Positions 60,056 to 64,000 of a stretch of 64,000 bases of DNA are shown here, in pieces (the first letter of the stretch is position 1; the number at the start of each line of letters is the position of its first letter). The notes under the pieces were generated by a model. That model saw only the letters and a list, made by a program, of their open reading frames with translations, made no database searches and was not told the DNA's origin. This DNA is from Eledone cirrhosa (lineage: Eukaryota), in assembly GCA_964016885.1 (NCBI GenBank), contig OZ024742.1, forward strand, positions 191,952,001 to 192,016,000. The letters run 5' to 3'. The position numbers were made by a program, and so were the translations under genes.

Positions 60056-60254
60056 ATAGTACAAGGACGATTTGTTAAGCCTTCATTACGTTTACTCTTC
60101 CTATATATATATAAATATATGTAGATAAATCTACCAAGAGTTTACGGTAGTGTCCAATCCGTATGAAGAACTCAATGTATTCCGGATATCATGGAAAGAA
60201 GAGATGTAATGAAAATCCAGTTTCGGTGAAAGATAAACGGTATACAGAGTCAAG

Positions 60255-60373
<119 letters not shown>

Positions 60374-61242
60374 CATACACTCACACATACATATGTCACA
60401 TACTCAAATACATAATATACACGCTCTCTTTCTCTCTTTCCCGCTATACGTGACTCTTTCGACGCCGACTCTTTCGACATTCTCAATCCCTATATCTCTC
60501 TCTCACTTTCTATACTTTCACTTTAACACACTGTGTGTACAAAATCACTTGCAATGCTGTTCTACGACACCACCACCACTGTGACACCACCACCACTGCC
60601 ACCACCATCAGCATCTACTCACGCACACTTAGAATCGTGCGGAGAAAATGATCTGCTGTTATATATTCTTGCTTATTACACTCTAACTTTAAATCCCACT
60701 GCGGTCAACTTTGTATATTATCCTTCCTGGTTCGAGAAAATGTAATAAACTATTATTATATTTTCTCGCCGAGGTTGACTTTGCCTTTCATCCTTACGGG
60801 GGGTTCGATAAAATAAAGTACCAGTAATGCACTGGTAATTTGCTGGCCTTGTGTCTAAAGTAGAAACAATTATATTTTCTCGCCGAGGTTGACTTTGCCT
60901 TTCATCCTTACAGGGGGGTCGATAAAATAAAGTACCAGTAATGCACTGGGTAATTTGCTGGCCTTGTGCCTAAAGTAGAAACAATTATATTTTCTCGAAC
61001 TAAATATATCGGGAGTTACTTTCGCAATCGTGTGCTTCTAGGTTCAATCTCGCTATGCGGCACTTTGGGCAAGTGTCTTCTTTCAGAAACACGTTATATA
61101 TATATATATATATTGATTTGTATTATTATTTGTATTATTTATTATTTATTATATTTTTGTCTTTATTTGTTAATTTTTCATTCGCACCGTTTCCTTTCGC
61201 TATATGTCTCTCCACCACACCCCTACACACCTTTTGAACTCT

Positions 61243-61275
61243 CACCTGAAGAAGGGCTTATGCCCGAAACGTCGT
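61243..61275 (+). ncRNA. Minimal PLE-type hammerhead motif within a pLTR fragment (about 61100-61365)
   Basis: AC-CTGAAGA-A-GGGCTTATGCCC-GAAA-CG-TC-GT; related cores at 49566 (CTGATGAAGAACTAGCGTTCGAAACGTT) and 54051. Confidence 0.75.
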
Positions 61276-61724
61276 CCCCCACCTACCCCCCACTCTCCTG
61301 AGCGTGAATTTAATAAACATTTATCGTACTGCCTCTCTGTTCTGTCCCTGTTCAATTTTTCATTATATATATATATATATTAATACAATAACAGAGAAAG
61401 TTTACGCTAAACTCCGACTGGTAACCATCTCACTCAACAAACATTAGGTTATACGTTGTATACAAATATGCATATGTATCAGCTGCGCTAGAGCGTGAAA
61501 TAAAATTCTTATTTTATTTATATATATATATATCATTTTTTTTAGTGTGTGTGTGAGTGTGTTTCCTCGCAAATTAACGGTGCCACAGAAAAAAAAAAGT
61601 GTTCAGTTAAATAAGTAACAAATTTGGAAAGTAAATGCTGGTGTCGACTCACTATTGTGGTGACACAGCATGGCCGCTGTCTGCTGACTGAAACCATTAA
61701 AATAATATTTTGCCTTATTTATTT

Positions 61725-61768
<44 letters not shown>

Positions 61769-61963
61769 TATATATATTGTTATACTTTGGGAGGGTCATG
61801 TTGCCAATAATTATATTATATTATTATAAATATATAATAAATTGAAGTGAAAGCAACTGGTGCGTGTGTTTCTTATTGGCAACATGACCCTCCCAAAGTA
61901 TAACAATATCGGTTTCAACACACGATTTCAGATAAAGAATCTTGCTAAACAAATTGAGAAACG

Positions 61964-62023
<60 letters not shown>

Positions 62024-62371
62024 GAACGGGAATCCTGGGTTACATTCCACTACTTGTTGAGTAAAATTTGGTTGAAGGAACCAGTGCGGAAGCCCATGGC
62101 ATAGAGTTGTAACAGTAATTCAAAAGTCCAGCCTTGTCAATTATTACGTCAGGCTGTTTTACTTCAGAGTTTGTTTCATGTTGATTCGGCTTGTGAATTA
62201 AGTTACTCATACACGTGTTTTTGGAATACGCAAATATTTACACGCTACGTCAAATGACTGCTCGTCGCAAAAACCGACGGAGGATCTGTGACCATCATAT
62301 ATCTGTCATGCAATTACATACACAACGAAACTCAAGTACTAATCAACTTATACATACGTACACACACACAC

Positions 62372-62467
<96 letters not shown>

Positions 62468-62483
62468 TTATACACACACACAC

Positions 62484-62528
<45 letters not shown>

Positions 62529-62729
62529 TGAGATTCTACAGGACTAGAACTGTTTCATTCTTTAGAAATCATCAGGAATCTGGGTATCAATACCCAGATT
62601 TCTGATGATTTCTAAAGAATGAAACAGTTCTAGTCCTGTAGAATCTCATCTATATTAAAACTTTTATACTCTGCAATGTATTATGTACATTACTTATTGT
62701 GGTTACCTCCGGTTCAACCCGGAATAACG

Positions 62730-62806
<77 letters not shown>

Positions 62807-62941
62807 ACATATGTATGTATAAATACGACTCACTCTAACATATGTATTACCACATCAGAAAATATATATATTTTTAAATACTTTTTCAACTTATATACAT
62901 ATGAATATCGAACACAACGTTTCCGTATGATGTGCGGACAT

Positions 62942-62995
<54 letters not shown>

Positions 62996-63195
62996 ATATA
63001 GACAGATGCCTAGACTTCTGAACTACCGAAGTACCGAGTTGGAAATTTCAAAATGTGAGATACCCAAATTTAGAAAATAACTGTAATAACATTACCTACT
63101 TACAAATAATTGTTCAGAAAATGTTCTCGACCACTATGTAGAGTAATGGACTGTTTTTACTGTAACTTTCAGCTTTTGGAATACTCACATTCTCA

Positions 63196-63269
<74 letters not shown>

Positions 63270-63837
63270 ATATATAGGAAAAGAGTCAGGACCCCGACGG
63301 CTGAGCTCCGCCGTCGGGGTCCTGGCTCTTTTCCTATTACCCACTCTACTTACCTAACTATTGAGTACTCTGGTGCGTTATGGTTGACCTACCTGTTCTG
63401 TTCTGTTATATATATATATATATATATAAGGAAGTGTGGTAAGGAAGCAGATGGGCTATAACGCACGAGAGTACTCAATGCTTAGGATAGTAGAGTGGGT
63501 AATAGGAAAATGTTTAACCCCGACGACAGAGCTCAAACCGTTTCGACGGTTATTTCTGGACATAACCGTCGAAATGGCTTGAGCTCTGCCGTCGGGGTTA
63601 AACATTTACCTATATATATATATATATATATATATATAGCGAGGGAAAAGTGGTAAGGAACCAGGTGGACCATAACGCACCAAAGTACTCAATACTTAGG
63701 GTAGTAGAGTGGGTAATAGGAGTAAGTAAGACCTCGACGGCTGAGCTCAAGCCGTTTCGACGGCTAACTCTGTACTGAATTAGTACAGAATTAGCCATCG
63801 AAACGGCTTGAGCTCAGCCGTCGGGGTCTTACTTACT

Positions 63838-63942
<105 letters not shown>

Positions 63943-64000
63943 ATATATATATTATATTTATATTTATTTATGTGTGTATGTATGTTCGCGTGAATAGAGT

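Noticed and set aside
61002-61030. KYIGSY as NOS1AP exon 2
   Set aside because: No AG acceptor, no LDVPRP continuation, and it lies between SINE fragments.

Overview
AT-rich, microsatellite-saturated animal DNA; the (TA)n density and SINE set suggest an octopod cephalopod (inference). The one host exon I recognise is the first coding exon of NOS1AP/CAPON (59399-59506, +), and a weak minus-strand spliced candidate lies at 37-7868. The rest is transposon-derived: a near full-length but dead R4/Dong-type LINE plus a truncated tandem copy in (TAA)n, three or four Penelope-like (PLE) RT/GIY-YIG relics, nested non-autonomous Helitrons, a hAT-Charlie MITE, mariner relics and many tRNA-derived SINEs. 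The main discovery is about 20 minimal type I hammerhead ribozyme motifs from roughly 10 unrelated short PLE-derived families. Several of these families insert in (TA)n tracts with a stereotyped fold-back-hairpin-plus-tail architecture. One family has a hypervariable 11-13 nt window that differs between copies but is nearly identical between the two arms of each copy, and one copy runs directly into a Penelope ORF start. All alignments and folds were done by eye, so boundaries are approximate unless exact junction bases are quoted.
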